Origin: Nitrospinales bacterium
GTDB taxonomy: Bacteria; Nitrospinota; Nitrospinia; Nitrospinales; VA-1
Direction: 5' to 3'
DNA length: 64,000 nucleotides
Assembly: GCA_965223795.1 (NCBI GenBank)
Contig: CBDCXL010000002.1
Coordinates: forward strand, 192,001-256,000
Shown: piece after piece, positions 48,113 to 56,627 of the stretch
Position numbering within the stretch: position 1 is the stretch's first letter
Layout: every line of letters starts with the position of its first letter
Position numbers and translations under genes: made by a program
Notes under the pieces: model-generated
Seen by the model: the letters and a program-made list of their open reading frames with translations, nothing else
Databases searched by the model: none
What the model was told of the DNA's origin: nothing

Positions 48113-49601
48113 CGTCTTCCTCTTCGTCGGGTTCGTTGTTCTGGTTTGCAGCCGGTTTCGCGGACTGGAATTCCACTCCTTTTTCCTTCATCAGCTCGCG
48201 CTCTTTCACGATCTCGTCCAGCAGTTCCTCAAAGTCGATGCCCTGGTCGGCCAGCACACGGGTGCGCGTGGTCAACCCGCCCTGGATCTCTTCATTTTTG
48301 GCTTTGACTTCTTTCTGGGGATCGACCCAGGCCCAGCCGCGCGGCTTCCAGCTGGCCGCGTCGAACTTGTTGAACCTGGAAAAAGGGATGTTGCTGAGAG
48401 GTCCGCCGAGCAAAGCCTGGCCGAGAAAATTGATCGTGCCGCCGGAATAGACTTCCTGATTGAAATTCTCGGCCATCCAGAATTGAATGCACCGCCAGTC
48501 GTCGCGCTCTTCGAGCTTACCGGCCCGGATGCTGGAAAAATTCACGCCCTCCAGGTCGTTCGCCAGGGTGTTGTACGAAACCCCGACGCCGGATGCCGCG
48601 CCGCGAAGCATTGCTTTGACAAACAGGCCGAATGCGTTGTTCGGGTGCTGGGGATCGAAGGCGTGGACTTTCTGCCCTTCCTTCAAGACTCTCCATTCGC
48701 CCGGCTCGACTTCCTCCAGCTGGTTTCCGTCATTGTCTTGCCGGTCGCCGGTGTATTTGGAACCGGGGGCCTGTTCGATGAATCCCATCTTTGCGGCCGC
48801 GATGCGTGAAGCGACCATTTCCGAATTTTCATAGCCGCCGAGCATTTTCAGCCGAACCATGGCCGTGTGCATCCAGGGCACGCCGCGTGGCTGATTGGTC
48901 CGGCTCGGAATGAATCCGTGGATCATTTCCCCGGCGGGAATGCGGATTTTCTTGCGCGTCGCGTCGCGCGTGCTTTGGGGGTGGCGCTCCCAGATGTGAT
49001 AGGCAACGGGCCGGTTCCACTTGTCGAACTCGATCCCGAACCGGATGCGGTTCCCGTTTGAAAGGTTGGTGTTGTGATTGTGGTCCAGCTGGTCGATATC
49101 GATGAACTGCAGCGAGAATCGAAACTCGTTCGGGAACGGAACCTTTCTGACCAGGCATTCGCCATCAGTAGCCACGGTTTCAATGAACAGGTTCTGGCAA
49201 TCGATCCAGGAAAGACGGCCGTCTACCGTGGCGGTGTTTTTTCTTCCCCATCGTGTGAACAGCTCTTCGATCATCCGGTTGTCCTGCACATCCGGTGTTC
49301 CGTCGTCGCGCCTGGCTTTCATCTGCAACCGGATTCCACGCCATCCCACCACGTTGCGCTTCACGATCCGCATCACGTTTTTGCCGTAGTCGTTGTTCTG
49401 AACAAGTTCGCGGGACCGGCCCCGGATGCGATCCAGCGTGTTCAGTTCTTCTTCCGGTGAAAGAATCTGGCCAATGAAGTCGGAAAGCAGATCGTTCAAT
49501 TTACCGGCATCGTAGGCCCGAACCGCTTTCACTTTTTGAATGGGGGCATAGCCCATTTTGGCAAATCCTTTTTGAATGATTCTTTTGAGTTTCAGGGCCA
49601 T
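48078..49601 (-). CDS. Portal protein, lambda family
   Basis: RSRELVQNN, GIEFD..RPVAY, RGVPW, NFSSIRAG, WVDPQKE. Confidence 0.92.
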   Translation of the reverse strand: MALKLKRIIQKGFAKMGYAPIQKVKAVRAYDAGKLNDLLSDFIGQILSPEEELNTLDRIRGRSRELVQNNDYGKNVMRIVKRNVVGWRGIRLQMKARRDDGTPDVQDNRMIEELFTRWGRKNTATVDGRLSWIDCQNLFIETVATDGECLVRKVPFPNEFRFSLQFIDIDQLDHNHNTNLSNGNRIRFGIEFDKWNRPVAYHIWERHPQSTRDATRKKIRIPAGEMIHGFIPSRTNQPRGVPWMHTAMVRLKMLGGYENSEMVASRIAAAKMGFIEQAPGSKYTGDRQDNDGNQLEEVEPGEWRVLKEGQKVHAFDPQHPNNAFGLFVKAMLRGAASGVGVSYNTLANDLEGVNFSSIRAGKLEERDDWRCIQFWMAENFNQEVYSGGTINFLGQALLGGPLSNIPFSRFNKFDAASWKPRGWAWVDPQKEVKAKNEEIQGGLTTRTRVLADQGIDFEELLDEIVKERELMKEKGVEFQSAKPAANQNNEPDEEEDDDEEKGDEKKE

Positions 49602-50167
49602 GAAACGAAGCGGGTCCGGACCTTGTTCCCTGTCTTCAATCCTTTTTCAAGCTCCAGGGCATCCTTTTCCGACTCATAGAGGTTTTTGAAATGGTTGTGC
49701 GCGGCGATCCGCTCTTCCCAGCTCATGTGCTGGATGGATCGATTGTTGATGCTGTACGAAAGCTGCAAATCCGAAGCGCGGCCTTGAAGGGCGGCTTCCA
49801 GGGCATCGAGGATGATTTTGACCCAGCTGCGGTCGTCGAAGGTGGCCGCGGCTGTTGCGAGATTGCGCAGGACCTGAATGATTCCGCGATCCACCCGTTT
49901 TCGCTCGGAACCGCTCGTCATGTAGGCGTCCCAGGAGTAATCCCCGGCGTTCCATCCGGAGGTTGTGGTAGCCGGAACTGTCACGGAATGATCGTCGCCG
50001 TCGGCCGTGGCGGTAAGTGTGATGGATCCGCCGGAATCCTTGCTCCGCAATTCATAGGTGAGCGTCCAGGTGGAGGCGGGGTAATCGGAAAAGGAGCGTT
50101 TCCATTTCAGGGTGTCGCCTGAAACGATCTTGGTGGGCTCTCTGTCGAGGATTGGGATTCCGGTCAT
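49592..50167 (-). CDS. Head completion protein (gpW-like C-terminus)
   Basis: SYSINNRSIQHM; immediately upstream of the portal gene. Confidence 0.65.
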   Translation of the reverse strand: MTGIPILDREPTKIVSGDTLKWKRSFSDYPASTWTLTYELRSKDSGGSITLTATADGDDHSVTVPATTTSGWNAGDYSWDAYMTSGSERKRVDRGIIQVLRNLATAAATFDDRSWVKIILDALEAALQGRASDLQLSYSINNRSIQHMSWEERIAAHNHFKNLYESEKDALELEKGLKTGNKVRTRFVSWP

Positions 50168-50172
50168 GGGCC

Positions 50173-50214
50173 AAAAAAAAACGCCGCTCCCGCCCGGGTG
50201 GGCAGAAACGGCGT
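50173..50214 (-). terminator. Intrinsic terminator inside the late operon
   Basis: ACGCCG...CGGCG stem followed by a T9 run on the minus strand. Confidence 0.6.
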
Positions 50215-50239
50215 CCTTGTTATCGGGTTGCCTACAATA

Positions 50240-50437
50240 TTAAAAAATCAGCTTCTTATCGGTCGGCGGTTTTGGTTTACATGGCCTTTTCCTTTTTTTT
50301 TGGAATAAATCGTAAGATGCGATTTCCTTCTGATTGATGTGCAGGGTGACCGAACCCGTGAAATTTTCCCTGATTATACCTGAACGCACAAGCGTTTGGA
50401 ATATTTCGTCCAGCGCCTTCTCTTCGTTCACTTCCAT
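50240..50437 (-). CDS. Small DUF2292/YezD-like protein
   Basis: FTGSVTLHINQ pattern; overlaps the end of terL. Confidence 0.5.
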   Translation of the reverse strand: MEVNEEKALDEIFQTLVRSGIIRENFTGSVTLHINQKEIASYDLFQKKRKRPCKPKPPTDKKLIF

Positions 50438-52356
50438 GAATTCATCCAGGTTCGTTTGCGGCGTTGTGGTTTTCGCGGAATCACGCTGGTGTTTTCTTTG
50501 TTTTCGGCGGGTTCCGGCTCTTTTTTCTCAAGTGCGGCCTGCAACTTGGCTTTCAGGACCGGGAAATCTGGATTCAGGATTTTCATGGCGGCGTAATTGC
50601 CAATCAGCAGGTCCCAGGCCTCGTTTCGCTTTTTCCCCGGCTTGAGCTCCCATCGGCGCGTCGGAACGCCGGTTTTGTCGTATTTCGTGACACAGTGCTC
50701 GGCGGTCACCTGGTCAAAATATTCCTCTTCGTACTCCATGGGGAAGTGGCAAAAGCCGGGGCCTGGGTTTTCAATGCCGAGCCTGCCAAATACAATGTCT
50801 TTGGCAACGTGCGTTCCGATGGAATACAGTGAGGCGCCATAGTTCATGGGCTTGGGCTTGTCTGAGATCACGGGAAACGTCCGGTCCGAATGCCCCTTGG
50901 TGGCATAGCATCGGCTATGCAGCCCCTCTTCCCGGATCATCCCGCAGAATTTATAAACGAAATCGGAAAGGTATCCTGAGTCGATGGCTATGCACGCGGC
51001 CTTGAGCTGGTTTCCGGATTCGTGCAGGAACGACCGCGTGATGTCGTTTTTAAGATCGGTCCAGACATCCTCGCCCGTGGTGTCGCCCGGAATGATCTTG
51101 TAGTGGATTCCCCAGGTTTCCTCCCATTCTCCCCAGCCGCGCCATTCCAGCTCCAGCCTGTCGGCCTGAACGTCCACACACAGCGTGACCGCCAGCACCC
51201 CCATGGGCAATTCGGCTTCGTAGAACTCGCGGCGCTGGTACAGCGGGTCTTTGTCCACTGCGTCCCCCTTGATTTCCCAGGTTTCCCCGAGCGAGGTGTT
51301 CACAAAGACCTGGTGGGTGTTCGGCAGCTTGATCGATTCCAGCCAGTTTTCGGCCATCTCGGACCATCGCACCCAGGGGGAATAAAGTTCACTTAGATGG
51401 TAACCTGCTGTGCCTTTGAATTCCGCCGTGGGCCGCCATTCTCCCTGCAGCAACATCCGGGGTTTCTGCGATTCATAGATGACCGCGCCGCATTCGTCGC
51501 AAACATAGTGTGCCGTCTCAGGAAAGTGTTCAATCGTCTCACCAGCTTCGTTTTTTGTCTTATCCCAATAAATATTTGCCCATTTCAGGACCTGGAAGAA
51601 ACCGCAATGCGGGCAGGGAACGTAAAAACGGCGCATGTCGGATTTGTTGTAGTGAAACTCAATCCGCGAAGCGCCTTTGATTCCCGGTGATGAGCACATA
51701 CCTATTTTCCGGTTCCAGTAGGTTGTCGTTCTTTTCATGGCCAGTTTGACGGGGTCGCCCTCGGTGCCGGCGCTTTCTCCGAACCGGTCCACCTCATCCA
51801 GCAACAAAACCCGGATCGGCCGCGAGGAAAGACCGGCGGCGGAGTTGGCTCCGGCCATGACCAGCTGCCCCCCGGGGAATGCCTTTTCCAGAATCGTGTT
51901 GCTGCTGTCCCGCGTCTTCGCGGCTTTCACCTTTTCCCGCAGGCATTCGGTATCCGCGATCATGGGTGCGATCCGCAGTTTGCTGTAAGACTCCGCGGTT
52001 TCGATGGTCGGCTGAACCATCAGGATGGAACAGGGATCCTGGTCAATGAAATACCCGATTGTGTTGTTCACAAAGGATTCGGATTTCCCGACCTGCGAGG
52101 AAGTCATCAGGACAATGGTTTCCACCTTTGGATCGGTCCATGCGTCCATCCATCCTTTTTGAAAATACGCCCTCGAATAACTGAAACGTCCGGGTTTTGC
52201 CGCGGACTTACTGCTCAGCCTTCTTTTTTTTACGGACCACTCGCTTAGACTTAGTTTTGGGGGCGGGTTTAGAATTCCCCGATTCAGGCTGTGCAGCATG
52301 CTCGGCACGCGGCCGTACACTCCCAATGTCTTTAAACTTTCCTGTGCGAGCGTCAT
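50428..52356 (-). CDS. Terminase large subunit, lambda gpA family
   Basis: SSQVGKS Walker A, LLLDEVD, CPHCG, IDSG, RNEAWDLL. Confidence 0.93.
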   Translation of the reverse strand: MTLAQESLKTLGVYGRVPSMLHSLNRGILNPPPKLSLSEWSVKKRRLSSKSAAKPGRFSYSRAYFQKGWMDAWTDPKVETIVLMTSSQVGKSESFVNNTIGYFIDQDPCSILMVQPTIETAESYSKLRIAPMIADTECLREKVKAAKTRDSSNTILEKAFPGGQLVMAGANSAAGLSSRPIRVLLLDEVDRFGESAGTEGDPVKLAMKRTTTYWNRKIGMCSSPGIKGASRIEFHYNKSDMRRFYVPCPHCGFFQVLKWANIYWDKTKNEAGETIEHFPETAHYVCDECGAVIYESQKPRMLLQGEWRPTAEFKGTAGYHLSELYSPWVRWSEMAENWLESIKLPNTHQVFVNTSLGETWEIKGDAVDKDPLYQRREFYEAELPMGVLAVTLCVDVQADRLELEWRGWGEWEETWGIHYKIIPGDTTGEDVWTDLKNDITRSFLHESGNQLKAACIAIDSGYLSDFVYKFCGMIREEGLHSRCYATKGHSDRTFPVISDKPKPMNYGASLYSIGTHVAKDIVFGRLGIENPGPGFCHFPMEYEEEYFDQVTAEHCVTKYDKTGVPTRRWELKPGKKRNEAWDLLIGNYAAMKILNPDFPVLKAKLQAALEKKEPEPAENKENTSVIPRKPQRRKRTWMNSWK

Positions 52357-52804
52357 AGCTTCTCAGTTCAAGAATCGCTTCCTCGACGGCCTGGTCGAGC
52401 ACAATCTTGATTCCCGCGATCTCGGTTTCTCCGGCAACGGACGGCGCAACATCGGAAGGAAGGGAAAGAAGTTTCGCACGAAAAGCGGTCAGCATCTTTT
52501 CCAGCTCGTCCTGGACTTCCTCCGCGACCACGACCCGCCCGGCTTTCATTTCGAATTCCAGCTGCGCCATGTCCGCGCGGATCTTCGTGAGCCGGGCCTG
52601 TTCCTTTTTCCCTTCCGAGGATTCGGTTGCCAGAGATTGAAGATATTTTATGTAGGCTTGAATGCAGCCCAGGAGGTCGTACTGGTTGCGCTTTGGCTTG
52701 GGAATGATTCCTTCTTTGGCGAGCTGCTGAACCCTGCGGACGGTGAGACCGAAAAGTTTTGAAAGGACACCGCAGGCAACAAGTTGAACCTTCGCGGCCA
52801 TCAA
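52208..52804 (-). CDS. Terminase small subunit, Nu1-like
   Basis: wHTH LFGLTVRRVQQL..EG, YDL..CIQAY, ARLTK.RAD. Confidence 0.85.
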   Translation of the reverse strand: MMAAKVQLVACGVLSKLFGLTVRRVQQLAKEGIIPKPKRNQYDLLGCIQAYIKYLQSLATESSEGKKEQARLTKIRADMAQLEFEMKAGRVVVAEEVQDELEKMLTAFRAKLLSLPSDVAPSVAGETEIAGIKIVLDQAVEEAILELRSYDARTGKFKDIGSVRPRAEHAAQPESGNSKPAPKTKSKRVVRKKKKAEQ

Positions 52805-53553
52805 ACACCGGGAATGGGAAACTGGATAACCGGGTTGATGTCATAGCCGATTTGTTTTTTTCGCGTGACGCGTGAACTGCCCTCGTCCTTCCGGACGATC
52901 TTGGAACCCCATTTTTTTTGCAGAAGGATGAACTGCTCTTTCTCTCTCTGGATGGTTCGATACGCGGCACAGCCACCGGGCAGGCCGTGCTGATCCACCA
53001 CGTAGAAGTAGGCATTGAATCGGAGCGTTCGGCGAAACCGGTTCACGGCTTGCAGGCTCATGTCGTAATCTTCTTTCAGCGGCAGGCGCTCATCGTACCG
53101 GCACGGGTTTGCAAGATGGCCCTGGAATGGGCCACCGATGAAAGATGTGAGGCGGAACGGCGTGTTCTCGCGGTAGGCTCCCTTATCCGGCAACAGGTTG
53201 ATTCCCCAATACTTCACACCCAGCTGCTCGGCCATGCAGAAACCGTGCTCGATGAACTCATCGACCTCGCCGGCGTCGAGCTTTTTCATCTTCTGTTTTT
53301 CCCAACGAGCGATCATCTTCAAATCGTCATCCAGTAAAACGATCGCTTTGCATTTCTCGTTGTCCAGGATGTAATTCCGCACCCGGCAAATGTTCCCCTG
53401 CACGCTGTTCGGGACGGACCACACGTTCACGCCGGTTTTCTTGTATTTCGCGGCTTCGGATTTGGAGACCACGTAGACGACCTGGGGCAGGTACTTGTGC
53501 GTGCGGATGATCTCCGCTCGCTTGTAGGATGGGCAGAATATTTTATATTTCAT
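52801..53553 (-). CDS. GT-A fold glycosyltransferase, TAGT/GREB1-like
   Basis: IFCPSYKR, RNYILD, LLDDD, KEDYD, GGC. Confidence 0.72.
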   Translation of the reverse strand: MKYKIFCPSYKRAEIIRTHKYLPQVVYVVSKSEAAKYKKTGVNVWSVPNSVQGNICRVRNYILDNEKCKAIVLLDDDLKMIARWEKQKMKKLDAGEVDEFIEHGFCMAEQLGVKYWGINLLPDKGAYRENTPFRLTSFIGGPFQGHLANPCRYDERLPLKEDYDMSLQAVNRFRRTLRFNAYFYVVDQHGLPGGCAAYRTIQREKEQFILLQKKWGSKIVRKDEGSSRVTRKKQIGYDINPVIQFPIPGV

Positions 53554-54188
53554 AAATCCTTCCCCGAAACTTTTGAAAGGTACTCACCGCCATCGATCAC
53601 GCGGCCGATGCCTTTGGCCCAGGGCTTCCCATTCGAGCGCTTGGAATATTTCGAACCCAGGTTGAAATGGGTTTTCGCGTTGAGCCAGTCGATCTCATTT
53701 CTGAAAACCAAAACCACATAATTGTTGCACTCGAGCAGCTCTTCCGAAAATTCCACTTCCTGAGATCCATCACCATCATTCCCAGCCGCGCCGCTTTCCC
53801 CCGAAAGCAGGGATGCGATGTCAACCTCGTCCAATCCTGTGAGATCCAGGTTGAATTTCTTTTTCTCAAGGTCCTGGATCTCCAACGCAAGAAACTCATC
53901 ATCCCAATCGGAATCCTGGTGTGATCGATTGTCCATGATGCGGTATGCCTTGATCTGCTGTTGGTCCATACCCTCGGCCACATGGACCGGGACTTTGACC
54001 TGGCCGATTTTCTTTGCAGCGATATATCGCGTGTGACCGGCAATGATGACCATTTCCGAATCGACCACAATGGGCTGCCGCCATCCGAATTGCTTGATGG
54101 ACGCAGCCACCTTATCAACAGCCTGGTTCTTTCTCGGATTCCTCGCATACGGGATGATTTTCTCAATCGGGACAAGTTTGGTTTTCAT
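53550..54188 (-). CDS. ParB N-terminal (ParB/Srx) domain protein
   Basis: PYARNPRKN, SIKQFGWRQPIVVD, IIAGHTR, YRIMDNR; short C-terminal domain with no methyltransferase motifs. Confidence 0.85.
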   Translation of the reverse strand: MKTKLVPIEKIIPYARNPRKNQAVDKVAASIKQFGWRQPIVVDSEMVIIAGHTRYIAAKKIGQVKVPVHVAEGMDQQQIKAYRIMDNRSHQDSDWDDEFLALEIQDLEKKKFNLDLTGLDEVDIASLLSGESGAAGNDGDGSQEVEFSEELLECNNYVVLVFRNEIDWLNAKTHFNLGSKYSKRSNGKPWAKGIGRVIDGGEYLSKVSGKDL

Positions 54189-54192
54189 GAAA

Positions 54193-54221
54193 TGGACTCC
54201 CCCACGCCTTGTGGATATACT
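54193..54221 (+). promoter_or_regulatory. Antisense sigma70-type promoter overlapping the parB RBS
   Basis: TGGACT(54193-54198)-N17-TATACT(54216-54221). Confidence 0.6.
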
Positions 54222-54227
54222 TCCAGT

Positions 54228-54338
54228 GTTCTCGACTGGGAGTAGCAGGAATTTCTTTCGAAATTCTTGCGGCGTGGGTTCCGTCCACGTCGGTCCGGGA
54301 GGCTGCAACCTCCCGGCCTGCTCTCGCTCCAACTTTTT
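54228..54338 (+). ncRNA. Putative antisense cloverleaf sRNA
   Basis: Closing stem GAGtAGCAGG/CCTGCTCTC encloses three hairpins; G-U pairs favour the + strand; ends ...CTCCA then a short U-run. Confidence 0.5.
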
Positions 54339-54400
54339 CAAAACGAAACGAAACGCTGTTTTTAAATGCTTTATCTAGACAAAAATCGAAATGCGCGTTA

Positions 54401-54430
54401 CCCTCGGCCGAGGGGTCGTCAGAAGGACCC
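54401..54430 (-). other. Putative cos region
   Basis: Lambda cosQ sequence GGGTCCT (54430-54424) followed by a perfect 14-bp palindrome CCCTCGGCCGAGGG (54401-54414), upstream of Nu1/gpA-type terminase genes. Confidence 0.55.
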
Positions 54431-54454
54431 AAAATCAATAGGTTGCGGCGTCGC

Positions 54455-55078
54455 TCACTTAAACCTGGCTGTTTTCAGGGCTTTATCGAGAGATTGATTG
54501 AATCGCCGGATGAACTGACGGTTGGCAACCCTGGCCGCCACCTTCTTGAAATTGAAACGACGTGGGATCTTTGCAGTCCTCTCGAATCCAAACAATGCCT
54601 TGAGCCTGGGGTTGCGCTTGCCGCCCACCTTCTTGACAATGCCCTTGCTCCCATCCCTGAATTTTGTGATGAAAACATTCTTCTGATTCAGGATGTCTCG
54701 CGCTCCCCCTGACTTCCTGAATCGCTTGGCTACGTTGTCGGTGGGGATCGCAAGGGTTGATCCTCGAAAAGGTCTCTTTGTTCCCCCTTCCTCCTGAAGG
54801 TCCGCGAAAAAAGCATTGGTGAATATAGATGCAACCAGGTTGTTTTTCTTCGCAGGCGTGATCTTGATGCCCGTGGGCTGCTGTTTGAGCCACCATTTCT
54901 TTTTGTTCTCGAATACCCTTTGAACATTCACAACCTCTGCTTTCTGCACATCCTGAGCGGTTCGGGTCAAAGCCTGTGCTGTGGCAAACGGGATCTGTTT
55001 TCGTTGCAGATCATTCAGGCTCTTGGTGAGCTCCTTCACGTCCAGTCGGACATCTATTTCAAAAACAGGCTGCGCCAT
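54455..55078 (-). CDS. Basic gpZ-like neck/minor tail protein
   Basis: KQIPFATAQALTRTA; highly basic. Confidence 0.6.
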   Translation of the reverse strand: MAQPVFEIDVRLDVKELTKSLNDLQRKQIPFATAQALTRTAQDVQKAEVVNVQRVFENKKKWWLKQQPTGIKITPAKKNNLVASIFTNAFFADLQEEGGTKRPFRGSTLAIPTDNVAKRFRKSGGARDILNQKNVFITKFRDGSKGIVKKVGGKRNPRLKALFGFERTAKIPRRFNFKKVAARVANRQFIRRFNQSLDKALKTARFK

Positions 55079-55084
55079 GTTCAA

Positions 55085-55150
55085 TCAATCCTTCACACAT
55101 GTGATGGCCGCCATATAGACGGCCACCAAAATGACAATCAGGAATTTCAA
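55085..55150 (-). CDS. 21-aa hydrophobic micro-peptide MKFLIVILVAVYMAAITCVKD
   Basis: TTG start overlaps the upstream stop (TTGA) and the ORF fills the gap. Confidence 0.4.
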   Translation of the reverse strand: MKFLIVILVAVYMAAITCVKD

Positions 55151-55578
55151 TAGCAGACTTTCTTTTTGCAGGGGCCCAGCCAGGGCGGAGTTTTGCACAC
55201 GCATGATTTTGCGCTTGCCCCATCCCATGTCTTGAAGCGGTGGTGGGTCCATTCCGGTTCCATGCAGTCCTTGGAACGGCGCGGATTTTCTTCGGTCCAG
55301 ATCGTGCGCCTGCCATCATCCAGGGGATGGCCACGGCCTGGGTATTGAGAGACCGCATAAATGAATTCACGGCACGGCTTATAGGTGCGAATGAAGATTT
55401 CCCCGCTCAGTGTGGTGTCCCAATCCCACATTTTTTTGAAGTCAGCACCAACAGGTTTTTCCTGCGCATGGGAATAGGGAACGTTGAGCCAGGCCAAACA
55501 CCAGAGGACAAACATCCCCCCGAAAAACCATGCGAGGATCTTGATCAAAACCCGGTCTTCATTGCTGAGTCGTTTCAT
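55147..55578 (-). CDS. Membrane-anchored or exported Cys-rich hypothetical protein
   Basis: N-terminal TM, 6 Cys in the mature part, ATGA-coupled. Confidence 0.6.
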   Translation of the reverse strand: MKRLSNEDRVLIKILAWFFGGMFVLWCLAWLNVPYSHAQEKPVGADFKKMWDWDTTLSGEIFIRTYKPCREFIYAVSQYPGRGHPLDDGRRTIWTEENPRRSKDCMEPEWTHHRFKTWDGASAKSCVCKTPPWLGPCKKKVCY

Positions 55579-55874
55579 GGCTGTTCCTCCCCCTGCCCAG
55601 GACATAGTGCATCCAGAGCATCATTGTTGTTCTCGACCTCGCGCAGAAAATCGTTCATCGAGATCGGAACATTGTTTTTCGGGTCGGCGATCCAATCAAT
55701 CAGGAACGGTTCCGCGATGACTTTTTTAAAAGCCACGCAATGCCGCGAAACCGTTTCAACCTTGATTGGTTTCTGCTCGGTTGCGCATGCGCGCAAGAGT
55801 ATCAGCAAGAGTGTCGCGCCGATGACGCATCTCAATTTCGCGCCTGGCTTCCACAATTTTTTTGAGGTCCGCAA
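55575..55874 (-). CDS. Putative o-spanin (Rz1-like lipoprotein)
   Basis: LLILLRAC lipobox-like; overlaps the upstream gene out of frame. Confidence 0.6.
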   Translation of the reverse strand: MRTSKKLWKPGAKLRCVIGATLLLILLRACATEQKPIKVETVSRHCVAFKKVIAEPFLIDWIADPKNNVPISMNDFLREVENNNDALDALCPGQGEEQP

Positions 55875-56046
55875 AGGCTTTCTCCGTGTTAATGCGCTGG
55901 ACGCGATCCGCTGCCTGTTCTTCCAGTTTTTCCAATTCCTTCTTTTTGGCTCGCGCCTTCCAGAAGGAATCCCACCAGCCGGTGACCACCGCCTTTATGG
56001 TGGCCACCCAGCCCATTGAAAGAAAACTGCTGATCGCAACCATCAC
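55756..56046 (-). CDS. Putative i-spanin (Rz-like)
   Basis: N-terminal hydrophobic segment plus coiled coil. Confidence 0.55.
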   Translation of the reverse strand: MMVAISSFLSMGWVATIKAVVTGWWDSFWKARAKKKELEKLEEQAADRVQRINTEKAFADLKKIVEARREIEMRHRRDTLADTLARMRNRAETNQG

Positions 56047-56627
56047 GCGCCCGGATTGGTTGCTTCTTTAATCAGGTTTTCCTCTTTCTCAGTCAGAGGC
56101 AAAGGCGGTTTGTTGGCGATAGCAAGCGGCAGATCATCCCGGTTTTTGTTCTTCCCGAAATTCATGGCCAGGAAATTCAGCGCTTTCATCAGCATGTTGT
56201 AAACCGGTGATCCCTGAATCGTCGAAGGCAGCCAGGCGGTGAACATATTTGCCATCAGCACAATGAACCCGGCTCCAAAAGCGATCCATCCCATGAGGCT
56301 GTCCGGCTTCTCCATCGGGATGGTGGGGACCGGGGCAGGTTCGGCGACCTGGGCGCGCAGGACTTCCCCCTGTCTGAAATCATATTTCCAGGGACCGCGA
56401 AAATCGGAAATGATCTGGAAATCCTGATCCAGAATTTTGGACTCGATCAGCTGCGGCGCTTTGTACAAGCCACCACCAGGAATTTCATGAGCGGGTGTCG
56501 AGCTTTGCTCGACCTCCTGCGCATGGCAGGATCGGCACTCGGCCGCCTCCAACGTGCTGCTCGACTGGCAGGGATAACCGTGGATCAGAAGCGCCAGCAC
56601 AAAGAAAATCTGCAATTTCATTCTCAT
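56043..56627 (-). CDS. Holin-like protein with N-terminal signal peptide and CxxCH motif
   Basis: Lies between the endolysin and spanin genes. C-terminal TM plus amphipathic helix (ANMFTAWLPS...LNFLAMNFGKNKN); N-terminal CRSCH. Confidence 0.6.
   Translation of the reverse strand: MRMKLQIFFVLALLIHGYPCQSSSTLEAAECRSCHAQEVEQSSTPAHEIPGGGLYKAPQLIESKILDQDFQIISDFRGPWKYDFRQGEVLRAQVAEPAPVPTIPMEKPDSLMGWIAFGAGFIVLMANMFTAWLPSTIQGSPVYNMLMKALNFLAMNFGKNKNRDDLPLAIANKPPLPLTEKEENLIKEATNPGA

Noticed and set aside
53550..54188. ParABS plasmid-prophage partition system or ParB-methyltransferase fusion
   Set aside because: No ParA gene, no HTH after the ParB domain and no DPPY/FxGxG motifs.
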